From: an uncultured Actinomycetota bacterium | Lineage (GTDB): Bacteria > Actinomycetota > Acidimicrobiia > Acidimicrobiales > Bog-793 | Assembly: GCA_963765505.1 (NCBI GenBank) | Contig: CAVXWO010000006.1 | Span: 130,090 to 194,089 of the forward strand | DNA: 64,000 bases | Direction of reading: 5' to 3' | Shown here: positions 46,556-55,518 of the stretch, one piece after another | Numbering within the stretch: position 1 is the first letter of the stretch | Layout: each line of letters opens with the position of its first letter | Program-made: the position numbers and the translations under genes | The notes under the pieces: generated by a model | What the model saw: only the letters and a program-made list of their open reading frames with translations | Databases searched by the model: none | Told to the model about the DNA's origin: nothing

Positions 46556-47376
46556 GCGAGCGCTCGGCCGGCGCGGCCGGGCGGCCGTTCGGCGTCGTCT
46601 GCGAGGTCCAGCCGCCGACCCGGCCCGGCTTCGGCCGCGTCCAAGAGCAGGTGCGCGCCCTTTCGACGGTGGCGTCGGCGTTCGTGGTCCCCGACAGCCA
46701 CATCGGCCGGGCGACGGTCTCGAGCGTCGCCGTCGCGCACGAGGTCCAGCGGCTCGGGGAGCGCTCGATCGCCTGCCTCAACTCCCGCGACCGCAACGTC
46801 CTCGGCTTGCGCCGGGACCTGCTCACGGCCGCGACGTACGGCATCGACCGCCTCCTCTGCGTCTACGGTGACCGGCCGAGTGCGGGGGGCCGGACCGGCG
46901 ACCTCAACGTGCAGGCCATGATCGAGGAGATCCGCTCCTACGGCTCGGGCCGCGACTTCGCGTCGTCGGCGCCGTTCACGGTCGGCGTGGCCGCCCGCCT
47001 CGGCCCGTTCCCGCGGTGGAAGCAGGGGGCGGACTTCGTCTTCTCCCAGATCACCTTCTCCGCCGGGGAGCTGTTCGGCTGGAGGGACTCGCTGTGCTTC
47101 GACGGGCCGGTGTACGCCGGCGTGCTGGTGCTCCGCAGCGCCCGCAGCGGCGCCGGCGTCGCGGGCATCGAGGTGCCGCCCGATCTCGCCGAGCGCGTCG
47201 CGGCGGATCCCGTGGCGGGGATCGAGGCGGCCTGCGAACAGGTTCGGGCGATCATGGACCACGGTGGCTTCGCCGGCGTCCACCTCGTCCCACTCGGCCG
47301 CCCCGGGGAGCTGGCGCCGCGCCTCCAGGCCACGCTCGCCGGGCTGTCCCCGGAGCGCGTGGCGCTCGCCCGCTAG
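46551..47376 (+). CDS. metF: methylenetetrahydrofolate reductase-like protein (MetF family)
   Basis: This is the tail of ORF 45118..47376 from GTG 46551, which overlaps the metE stop (GTGA). ACLNSRDRNVLGLRRDLLTAATYGIDRLLCVYGD resembles the MTHFR TIM barrel. Pairing with metE makes functional sense. Confidence 0.7.
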
Positions 47377-47497
47377 CGGGACCACCCGCCGTACAGGAGA
47401 CGCGGGGCGGGGCTCGCTCGTTCTCCACCCCGAAGGTCCGCGAACGCCTGTGCCATGCTGTGCACCGCGTACCGTCACGGCCCTGAGGGAGAGCGGA

Positions 47498-47887
47498 ATG
47501 CAGCGTGCCACGGCCAGTTTCGAGGTCGTCTCGTGGGAGCAGAGCGCCTACGACGAGCCGGACGAGGGCCCGGCGCTCGGCCGGGCGACCATCAAGAAGG
47601 TGTTCGCCGGCCACCTCGAAGGGGAGAGCACCGCCGAGCTGCTCACCTGCGGGGAAGAAGGCTACGTCGCCAACGAGCGGATCACGGGCCGGCTCGACGG
47701 GCGGACGGGCACCTTCGTCGTCCAGCACGGGGGCGTGCGCGGCGGGAGCGACGCGCCGGCGACCTTCGGCAACATCATCCCGGGATCGGGCACCGGCGAG
47801 CTCGAGGGCCTGCTCGGGCGCATCGAGTACCGCCACGACGAGTCGGGCGCGAGCGTCACGATCGACTTCGACCTCGCACCCGCCTGA
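47498..47887 (+). CDS. DUF3224 domain protein
   Basis: ATG 47498 within ORF 47264..47887 follows the RBS gagggagag. FEVVSWEQSAYDE...GRTGTFVVQHGG...IIPGSGTGELEGLLG fits the DUF3224 pattern as I remember it. Confidence 0.65.
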   Translation: MQRATASFEVVSWEQSAYDEPDEGPALGRATIKKVFAGHLEGESTAELLTCGEEGYVANERITGRLDGRTGTFVVQHGGVRGGSDAPATFGNIIPGSGTGELEGLLGRIEYRHDESGASVTIDFDLAPA

Positions 47888-47941
47888 GCGGCGGGCCGTC
47901 GGGCCGCTCCGGCGTGGCGCGGCTGTCGAGGGTCCCGCCCG

Positions 47942-48925
47942 TTACCAGCGGTTGTGGACCTGGGGGGCGATCCGCTCGCGGTAGAGGTCCGACAGGCGCC
48001 GGCGCAGCTCGGGCTCGAGCGGTCCTCGCTCGCCCGCCGCGGCGTTGTCGCGCGCCTGCTCCGGCGTCTTCGCCCCGGGGATGACGGTCGAGACCGCCGG
48101 GTCCGAGAGGCAGAAGCGCAGCGCCAGGGATACGAGGTCCTCGCCCGCAGGGACGAGCCCGCGGAGCTCCTCCACGGCGGCGAGGCCCGTCGCGTAGTCC
48201 ACGCCGGCGAAGGTCTCGCCCACGTCGAACGCCTCGCCCCGACGGTTGTAGTTGCGGTGGTCGTCGGGAGCGAAGGTCGTCTCGCGGGTGAGCTTGCCCG
48301 TCAGCAGCCCCGACGCGAGCGGCACCCGGACGATCACGCCGACGTCGGCGGCTCGCGCCGCGGGCAGGAACCGTTCGGCGGGGCGCTGGCGGAAGATGTT
48401 GTAGATGACCTGGACGGTCGACACGCCGGGGTAGTCGAGCGCCTTCAGGCCCTCCTCCACGCGCTCGACGCTCACGCCGTAGTGGGCGATCCTGCCGGCC
48501 GACACCAGCTCGTCGAGGACCGCGAACACCTCGGGGTGGTAGAAGACGTCGGTCGGCGGGCAGTGCAGCTGGACGAGGTCGAGCGTCTCGCTCTCGAGGT
48601 TCTCCCGGCTGCGCTCGACCCACGCGCGCAGGTTCTCCGGCGTGTAGGCGGCGAGGACCTGGCTCGGGGCGCGCCGGCCCACCTTCGTCGCGACGACGAT
48701 GCGCTCGGAGCGCTCGCGCCGCAACCGGGCGATCAGCCGCTCGCTCCGGCCGTCGCCGTAGGCGTCGGCGGTGTCGATGAAGCGCACGCCGGCGTCGACG
48801 GCGGCATGGAGCGCCGCCATCGAGGTCTCGTCGTCGACGGTCCCCCAGTCGGCGCCGATCGCCCACCCCCCGAAGCCGATCGCGCTGACCTCGAAGCCGG
48901 TCTTGCCGAGTCGCCGAGTTTCCAT
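47942..48925 (-). CDS. aldo/keto reductase
   Basis: ORF 47942..48925 has METRRLGKTGFEVSAIGFGGW, FIDTADAYGDGRSE and VQVIYNIF. Confidence 0.9.
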   Translation of the reverse strand: METRRLGKTGFEVSAIGFGGWAIGADWGTVDDETSMAALHAAVDAGVRFIDTADAYGDGRSERLIARLRRERSERIVVATKVGRRAPSQVLAAYTPENLRAWVERSRENLESETLDLVQLHCPPTDVFYHPEVFAVLDELVSAGRIAHYGVSVERVEEGLKALDYPGVSTVQVIYNIFRQRPAERFLPAARAADVGVIVRVPLASGLLTGKLTRETTFAPDDHRNYNRRGEAFDVGETFAGVDYATGLAAVEELRGLVPAGEDLVSLALRFCLSDPAVSTVIPGAKTPEQARDNAAAGERGPLEPELRRRLSDLYRERIAPQVHNRW

Positions 48926-48990
48926 GGGCTCACCCTATCCACGCCCCGGCTCGGGCTCGCCGCCGAGCGAGCGGGCACGTTCACGAGTTG

Positions 48991-49027
48991 TTGACGGGTC
49001 ACGTCGCCCGTTGACGTCCTGTTTACG
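48991..49027 (+). promoter_or_regulatory. three direct TT(G/T)ACG repeats upstream of the kdp operon (candidate KdpE box/promoter)
   Basis: TTGACG at 48991, TTGACG at 49011 and TTTACG at 49022 give spacings of 20 and 11 bp, immediately upstream of the first kdp small ORF. Confidence 0.3.
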
Positions 49028-49050
49028 CCTCCTCGCACATCATCGATGCC

Positions 49051-49134
49051 ATGGCTGACTTCCTGACCGTGGTCGGCGTGATCGCCTTCGTGGTGGCCAT
49101 GCTCGGCCTTGTGTGGGCGCTGGAGCGGGTGTGA
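49051..49134 (+). CDS. KdpF-like small hydrophobic peptide (27 aa), first of a tandem pair
   Basis: My translation is MADFLTVVGVIAFVVAMLGLVWALERV*. It is a single TM helix with no obvious SD, and its stop overlaps the kdpF GTG (GTGTGA). Too short for the ORF track. Confidence 0.4.
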   Translation: MADFLTVVGVIAFVVAMLGLVWALERV

Positions 49135-49220
49135 GCGCCGTCCAGGCGATCTTGCTCGCCGTCTCCATCGTCATGTTCATCTACCTCGGCATCGCGATGT
49201 TCAAGCCGGAGTGGTTCTAG
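49131..49220 (+). CDS. kdpF: K+-transporting ATPase subunit F
   Basis: My translation is VSAVQAILLAVSIVMFIYLGIAMFKPEWF*, ending in the KdpF-typical PExF. SD ggag lies 5 nt upstream and the stop abuts the kdpA ATG. Confidence 0.7.
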   Translation: MSAVQAILLAVSIVMFIYLGIAMFKPEWF

Positions 49221-50909
49221 ATGGGGTTCTTCTGGACCATCCTCACGCTGGTCGTGGCCCTCGGGCTCGCCTGGCGCTACCTCGGCTCGTGCATGGCGGC
49301 GGTCTTCGACGGCCGCGTGCACTGGCTGAGATGGGCTGAACGGCCCATCTACCGCCTCCTCGGCACCGACCCCGAGCACGAGCAGAGCTGGCAGCGCTAC
49401 GCCGGCTCGCTCATCGTCTTCTCGGGCGTCTCGCTCGGGATCACCTACCTGATCCTGCGGGTGCAGGGCAGCCTCTTCCTGAACCCCCAGCACCTCGGGG
49501 CCGTGCCGCCCGCGTTGAGCTTCAACACCGCCGCGTCGTTCCTGACCAACACGAACTGGCAGAACTACGGCGGGGAGACGACGATGTCGTACTTCTCCCA
49601 GATCGGCGCCCTCACCGTCCAGCAGTTCGTGAGCCCGGCGGTCGGCATCGCCGCCGCGATCGCGCTGGTCCGCGGGTTCTCGCGGCGGAAGTCCGCGACC
49701 ATCGGCAACTTCTGGGTCGACGTCACCCGCTGCCTGCTGTACATCCTGCTGCCCATCGCCATCGTGGCCGGGCTGGTCTTCGTCGGCGAGGGCGCGGTGC
49801 AGACCCTGGCGGGGACGGCGACGATCCACGACGTCTTGAACAACGTGACCCAGACGATCGCCCGCGGCCCGATCGGCTTCATGGAGGCGATCAAGCAGCT
49901 CGGCACGAACGGCGGCGGCTTCCTGAACGCCAACTCGGCGGATCCCTTCGAGAACCCGACCGCGCTGACCAACTGGCTCTCGATCTTCCTCCTGCTGTGC
50001 ATCCCGTTCGCGCTGACGTACACCTTCGGCAAGATGGTGGGCAGCGTCCGCCACGGCGTCGCCCTGCTCTCCGCGATGCTGATCATCTTCGGCTCCTGGG
50101 TCGCGTTCACGAGCTACGCCGAGCACCAGGGCAACCCGGCGGTCGCCGCGGCGGGCATCACGCACCAGCCGACGGGCAACACCGAGGGCAAGGAGGTCCG
50201 CTTCGGCGACACCACGACGGCGCTGTTCGGCGTCGCCTCGACGAACACCTCCACCGGCTCGGCGAACGCCTCCTACGACTCGTTCACCCCGATCGGCGGC
50301 TTGGGCCTCTTGACCGGCATGATGCTCGGGGAGGTGACGCCCGGCGGCACTGGCAGCGGCCTCTACACGCTTCTCGTCTACGCCGTCATCGCCGTGTTCA
50401 TCGGCGGCTTGATGATCGGGCGAACACCAGAGTACCTGGGCAAGAAGATCCAGGCCCGGGAGGTGAAGCTCGCCGGGTTGGCCTCACTCGTGATGCCGTT
50501 GGTCGTCCTCATCCTCACGGGCATCGCGGTGTCGATCCACGCCGGGCGCGCCGGACCGCTGAACGCCGGTCCGCACGGGTTCACCGAGATCCTCTACGCC
50601 CTCACCTCGCAGGGCAACAACAACGGGTCGGCGTTCGGCGGTCTCACCGGCAACACGACCTTCTACAACGTGGTCGGAGGCATCGACATGCTGCTCGGCC
50701 GATTCGCCATCATGATCCCGGCCCTCGCGCTCGGCGGCTCGCTGGCGGCGAAGAACGTCGTGCCCGAGTCGCTCGGGACCTTCAGGACCGACAACGGGAT
50801 GTTCGTCGGCCTGACCATCGGCGTGATCATCATCATCGGCGGCCTGACCTTTTTCCCGGCCATCTCGCTCGGCCCGATCGTCGAGCAGCTGAGCCACCAC
50901 CTCTTCTGA
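49221..50909 (+). CDS. kdpA: K+-transporting ATPase subunit A
   Basis: ORF 49221..50909 is intact at 562 aa, with selectivity-filter-like NTNWQNYGGE, GTNGGGF, SANASYDS and GNNNGSAF. Confidence 0.97.
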   Translation: MGFFWTILTLVVALGLAWRYLGSCMAAVFDGRVHWLRWAERPIYRLLGTDPEHEQSWQRYAGSLIVFSGVSLGITYLILRVQGSLFLNPQHLGAVPPALSFNTAASFLTNTNWQNYGGETTMSYFSQIGALTVQQFVSPAVGIAAAIALVRGFSRRKSATIGNFWVDVTRCLLYILLPIAIVAGLVFVGEGAVQTLAGTATIHDVLNNVTQTIARGPIGFMEAIKQLGTNGGGFLNANSADPFENPTALTNWLSIFLLLCIPFALTYTFGKMVGSVRHGVALLSAMLIIFGSWVAFTSYAEHQGNPAVAAAGITHQPTGNTEGKEVRFGDTTTALFGVASTNTSTGSANASYDSFTPIGGLGLLTGMMLGEVTPGGTGSGLYTLLVYAVIAVFIGGLMIGRTPEYLGKKIQAREVKLAGLASLVMPLVVLILTGIAVSIHAGRAGPLNAGPHGFTEILYALTSQGNNNGSAFGGLTGNTTFYNVVGGIDMLLGRFAIMIPALALGGSLAAKNVVPESLGTFRTDNGMFVGLTIGVIIIIGGLTFFPAISLGPIVEQLSHHLF

Positions 50910-50923
50910 CGGAGACCTCGAAC

Positions 50924-53024
50924 ATGAGCGACGTTCCTGAGACCCCCACCACGGCCGCCGGCGCCGTCACGACCGCCGAGCCGACGGCTCCTTCGACCGT
51001 CGCGCACGGCGTTGCCGAGGCGCCGCGGCCTGTTCGACAAGGAGATCCTCGGGCAGGCCCTGAAGGACGCCTTCAAGAAGCTGGACCCGAGGGTCCAGGT
51101 CAAGAACCCCGTGATGTTCGTCGTCCTCGTCGGCACGGTCATCACGTTCATAGAAGCCATCGCGCACGGCGGGATCTTCCCGTGGTCCATCACGATCTGG
51201 CTCTTCCTCACGGTGATCTTCGCCAACCTCGCCGAAGCCGTGGCCGAGGGACGAGGCAAGGCCCAGGCCGACACGCTCCGGCGCATGCGCTCGGAGACCA
51301 TGGCCCGCCGACTCAGGGCGGACGGCACGGAGGAGCTCGTCGCCGCGGCCGAGCTGGCCCGTGAGGACCGGGTGGTCTGCGAAGCGGGCGACGCGATCCC
51401 CTCCGACGGCGAGATCGTCGAGGGCGTCGCCTCCGTGGACGAGTCGGCCATCACCGGAGAGTCGGCACCGGTGATCCGCGAGTCGGGCGGCGACCGATCG
51501 GCGGTGACCGGTGGGACGAGGGTCCTCTCGGACCGCATCGTGGTGCGGATCACCGCCGAGCGCGGCCACACGTTCCTCGACCGGATGATCACGCTCGTCG
51601 AGGGTGCGAACCGCCAGAGGACCCCCAACGAGATCGCGCTGACGATCCTGCTGGCGGTGCTGACGATCATCTTCATCCCGGTCGTGGTGGTGCTGCAGCC
51701 GTTCGGCATCTACGCGGGGACGACGGTGAGCGTCGTGATCCTGGTCGCGCTGCTCGTCTGCCTCATCCCGACGACGATCGGGGCGCTCCTGTCGGCGATC
51801 GGCATCGCCGGGATGGACCGGCTCGTCCAGAAGAACGTGCTGGCGATGAGCGGCCGGGCGGTCGAGGCGGCGGGCGACGTCCAGACGCTCCTCCTCGACA
51901 AGACCGGGACGATCACCCTCGGCAACCGCATGGCCTCGGACTTCTACCCGGTCGCCGGCACCACCGAGGAGGCCGTCGCCGACGCCGCCCAGCTTGCCTC
52001 GCTCGCCGACGAGACTCCCGAGGGTCGCTCCATCGTCGTGCTGGCGAAGGAGCGCTTCAACATCCGCGAGCGCGAGCTCGGCGTCGACCACGTCTTCGTC
52101 CCCTTCACCGCGACCACGCGCATGTCGGGCCTCGACTTCGACCACCGCCAGATCCGCAAGGGCGCGGCCGACTCGGTGAAGAACTGGGTCCTCGAGCAGA
52201 ACGGGACGGTGCCGCCCGAGCTCGACCAGATCGTCGAGCGGATCGCCCGCGCCGGGTCGACCCCGCTCGTCGTCGCCGAGGGACCGACGATCCTCGGCGT
52301 GATCGAGCTGAAGGACGTCGTCAAGCAGGGCATCCGGGAGCGCTTCTCCGAGATGCGGGTCATGGGCATCCGCACGGTGATGATCACCGGCGACAACCCC
52401 CTCACCGCGGCGGCGATCGCGGCGGAGGCGGGGGTCGACGACTACCTGGCGGAGGCGACGCCCGAGGCGAAGATGGCGCTCATCACCGCCGAGCAGGAGG
52501 GCGGCAAGCTCGTCGCCATGACCGGCGACGGGACGAACGACGCTCCCGCGCTCGCCCAGGCCGACGTCGGTGTGGCGATGAACACCGGGACCACGGCCGC
52601 CAAGGAGGCCGGGAACATGGTCGACCTCGACTCCAACCCGACCAAGCTGCTCGACGTCGTCGAGGTCGGCAAGCAGCTGCTGATCACCCGGGGCGCGCTC
52701 ACCACGTTCTCGATCGCCAACGACGTGGCGAAGTACTTCGCCATCATCCCGGCGCTGTTCGTCGTCGCCTACCCGCAGCTCAACACGCTGAACATCATGA
52801 AGCTGCACAGCCCGCAGTCGGCGGTGCTCTCGGCGGTGATCTTCAACGCGCTGGTCATCGTCGCCCTGATCCCGCTGGCGCTGCGGGGGGTGCGGTTCCG
52901 GCCGATGAAGGCTTCGGCGATCCTGCGCCGCAACGTCTGGATCTACGGCGTGGGCGGGATCATCGCGCCCTTCATCTTCATCAAGCTCATCGACCTCATC
53001 CTCACGGCGACGAAAGGCTACTGA
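50924..53024 (+). pseudogene. kdpB: K+-transporting P-type ATPase subunit B; frame probably broken near 51020 (alternative: TTG start at 51012)
   Basis: ORF 51012..53024 has DKTGTIT, TGDN and [13 protein letters not shown] 50924 with SD ggag lies 14 nt after kdpA, opens a GC3-rich 30+ codon N-terminus in another frame and is the more plausible start. Confidence 0.93.
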
Positions 53025-53623
53025 TGCTCGCCCACCTCCGCCGCTCGATCGTCCTGGCGCTCGTCGCCATCGTGATCTTCGGGTTCGGCTACGCGCTGCT
53101 CGGGACCGGCCTCTCGCAGCTGTTCTTCCGCGGCCAGGCCGACGGCTCCCTCACCGCCAACGGCTCCCCGCTTATCGGCCAGAACTGGACAGGTACGAAG
53201 TGGTTCCACGGGCGGCCTGACGACGCCGGGCCCTATGCCGCCAACCCGAAGGCGAAGGTATCCGGCGGGGACAACCCGCTCGTCGCCAACGGCGTCAGCG
53301 GCGAGTCCGGTGCCACGAACCTCGGGCCCCGCTCGAAAGTGCTGGCGGCCGACACCAAGGCACTCGTCCAGTACTGGCACAAGCTCGGCGTGATGGACCC
53401 GACGCCCGACCTCGTCACGACGTCGGGGAGCGGGCTCGACCCCGACATCACGCCCGAGGACGCGATCGTGCAGATCCCGATGGTCGCCAAGGCACGGCAC
53501 CTCGCTCCGGCCGTGCTGCGCTCGCTGATCTCGAAAGAGACGCCCCCGGCGCAGTGGGGCTTCCTCGGCTCGGAGTACATCGACGTCCTGCAGCTGAACG
53601 AGGCGCTCGCCAAGCTGAAGTGA
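53024..53623 (+). CDS. kdpC: K+-transporting ATPase subunit C
   Basis: ORF 53024..53623 starts with ATG overlapping the kdpB stop (TGATG). It has an N-terminal TM helix and SGSGLDPDITPEDA. Confidence 0.9.
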   Translation: MLAHLRRSIVLALVAIVIFGFGYALLGTGLSQLFFRGQADGSLTANGSPLIGQNWTGTKWFHGRPDDAGPYAANPKAKVSGGDNPLVANGVSGESGATNLGPRSKVLAADTKALVQYWHKLGVMDPTPDLVTTSGSGLDPDITPEDAIVQIPMVAKARHLAPAVLRSLISKETPPAQWGFLGSEYIDVLQLNEALAKLK

Positions 53624-53631
53624 CCAGACCG

Positions 53632-53673
53632 AGGACCGGGCTCCGGCTGCCGCATCCGCTGGAGCCCGGTCCT
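53632..53673 (+). terminator. 13-bp stem hairpin immediately after kdpC (probable kdp operon terminator, no U-tract)
   Basis: aggaccgggctcc - 16-nt loop - ggagcccggtcct starts 9 nt after the kdpC stop. Confidence 0.55.
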
Positions 53674-53975
53674 TCGCCGCGCCGCGTCTGCGAGGAGGGG
53701 CGGTTCACGCTGACGAGCCCACCGGACGCACGGCTTCGCCGAGCGGGACAGCGGTCGGCGAAAGTCACGGTTCGCGATCTTCGCGGAGACGGGAACGGCA
53801 TGGCCGGCCCGCCGGGACGATTCCAGACCGAGCGAAGCGAACGGGGCGCAGGCTGCTGTCGGTGGTCGCTGAGGTCGGACAGGGACCAGGTCGATCCGGC
53901 GACTTGTCCAAGTAAGGCGTCGCTGAGAAGACGATGCAATGGGGCAGGGACGACGCCGGCCGGCTCCACGGGCGT

Positions 53976-54656
53976 TCAGCGGGCGACGAGCTGGTAGCCG
54001 ATGCCGGGGTGCGTGCGCAGCAGCCGGCCGTCCTCGGTCCCCAGCTTGTGCCGGATCCGGTGGGCGTACACCCGCAGGTAGTGCGTATCGGCGCCGCGCT
54101 CCGGACCCCAGATCTCCTCCAGGAGCATGTGGTAGGTGCAGATCTTCCCGGCATTGCGGGCCAGATAGGCGAGGACGTCGAACTCGCGAGCGGTCAGGTC
54201 GAGCGGTCGCCCGTCCTTCAGCGCCTCGTGGTGCACCAGGTCGACGACGAGGCCCCCGACGGTGATCTCGCCGCACGCCTCGTCTGCAGGATGGCGCCGG
54301 ACGCGCCGGAGCGCGACCTCGAGCCTCGCCTCCAGCTCGGCCACGTCGAACGGCTTCGTGACGTAGTCGTCCGCGCCGCCGTCGAGGGCGGCGGCGATGC
54401 GCTCCTCGACGCCGGCCGTCGAGAGCACGACGATCGGCACCCGAGAGAGCGCCCTCGCCCACCGGCACACGTCGATCCCGTCGGTGTCGGTCAGGTCGAG
54501 GTCGACGATGACCGCGTCCGGCCGCCAGCGGGCCAGCTGGGCCACGCCGTCGCTGCCCGTCTCGGCCGACATGACCTCGTGGCCGAGCGCTGCGAGCCCG
54601 ACGAAGAGCGCGGTGCGCAGCGCGGCGTCGTCGTCGACCACCAAGATCCGCGACAC
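53976..54656 (-). CDS. kdpE: OmpR-family response regulator, KdpE paralogue 1
   Basis: ORF 53976..54734, start at GTG 54656 (VSRILVVDDD). The receiver residues are intact (DD, VIVDLDL, VLST, TKPF). The wHTH has THYLRVYAHRIRHKL...THPGIGYQLV. Confidence 0.85.
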   Translation of the reverse strand: MSRILVVDDDAALRTALFVGLAALGHEVMSAETGSDGVAQLARWRPDAVIVDLDLTDTDGIDVCRWARALSRVPIVVLSTAGVEERIAAALDGGADDYVTKPFDVAELEARLEVALRRVRRHPADEACGEITVGGLVVDLVHHEALKDGRPLDLTAREFDVLAYLARNAGKICTYHMLLEEIWGPERGADTHYLRVYAHRIRHKLGTEDGRLLRTHPGIGYQLVAR

Positions 54657-54698
54657 GGGGTCAGGCCGTCCTGGCGGACGCGGCGCCGGGGCGGTCCT

Positions 54699-54739
54699 CC
54701 GGGATGCGCCGACCTTCCGGGGCGGCCGGCGCATCCCGG
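54699..54739 (-). other. 13-bp stem hairpin between usp and kdpE paralogue 1
   Basis: ccgggatgcgccg - 15-nt loop - cggcgcatcccgg, read directly from the sequence. Confidence 0.35.
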
Positions 54740-54904
54740 GGGACCGGGGACCGAAGGGCTACGCGAGACCCGTCGCGCGCGACCGCAGCGCGGTCCACCG
54801 GCGTCGGCTCCGCTCGCCGAGCTTCCCGACCACGTGCAGGATCATGACGGTCGCCCCGACCGCCGCGGCGGGACCCCACAACGCATCTTCGTGGACGAGC
54901 CGAG

Positions 54905-55408
54905 CTAACCGGTCGGCCGCAGCGGCATGCCGGCCTCGCGCCGGTCAGCCATGCCCCGCCTGAGCCACGCCGGGCTGTGGACACCGTTGTCCGCCGCCGG
55001 CGGGGCCGTGATCACCGGCAGGGAGGAGAGGCGGAGCACGTGCTCGCGCACCCCTCGTCCCGAAAGGCGGTCGACGCCGCGCAGCCGGCGCGAGCCGAGG
55101 ACGATCGCGTCGCACCGCCACTCGACCGACTCCTCGACGATGCCGTGCGCGACGCGGTCCGCCCGGACCGAGCGGGCTTGACCTTCGGCGCCGACGCCGG
55201 CCAGACGCAGCGAGAGCGTCGCCCCGTCCACGAGGAGCTGCGCATCGTTCGGCGTCTCGAGCGGGGGGACCCGCGGGCCCAGGGCCAGCTCCCGCAGATG
55301 GAGCACCCTGACGTTGCTATCGGTGGCGATCGCCAAGCCCGCCGTGAAGGCCAGCGCGGTCTGGCCTGACTCGTACTGGTCGATCGCAAGCAGCAGACGG
55401 CTCCACAT
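54905..55408 (-). CDS. universal stress protein (UspA family)
   Basis: ATG 55408 within ORF 54905..55654 follows the SD gggagg. MWSRLLLAIDQYESG...CDAIVLGSRRLRGVDRLSGRGVREHVLRLSSLPVI shows the USP fold with the G-x2-G-x9-G(S/T)-like motif. Confidence 0.8.
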   Translation of the reverse strand: MWSRLLLAIDQYESGQTALAFTAGLAIATDSNVRVLHLRELALGPRVPPLETPNDAQLLVDGATLSLRLAGVGAEGQARSVRADRVAHGIVEESVEWRCDAIVLGSRRLRGVDRLSGRGVREHVLRLSSLPVITAPPAADNGVHSPAWLRRGMADRREAGMPLRPTG

Positions 55409-55518
55409 CTCCACACCTCCCGTCACCGCTCCCAGTATCGGGCGTCGCGGCGTAAGCAGGCGGTGAACACGCCCGGGATTCCCGTAAATAAGACGTGAAC
55501 GGTCGCCCGGGGAACCCC

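Noticed and set aside
48926-49050. c-di-AMP (ydaO-type) riboswitch upstream of the kdp operon
   Set aside because: The leader is only about 125 nt to the divergent AKR gene and shows no pseudo-two-fold ACGR/CCG-type conserved cores. It looks like a plain promoter/operator region.
53674-53975. Possible small gene or ncRNA in the 300-nt gap between the kdpC terminator and kdpE paralogue 1
   Set aside because: The only ORFs are Arg/Pro/Ser-rich antisense-type frames (for example 53448..53969). I recognised no SD/start combination and no conserved RNA motif. It is left unannotated.
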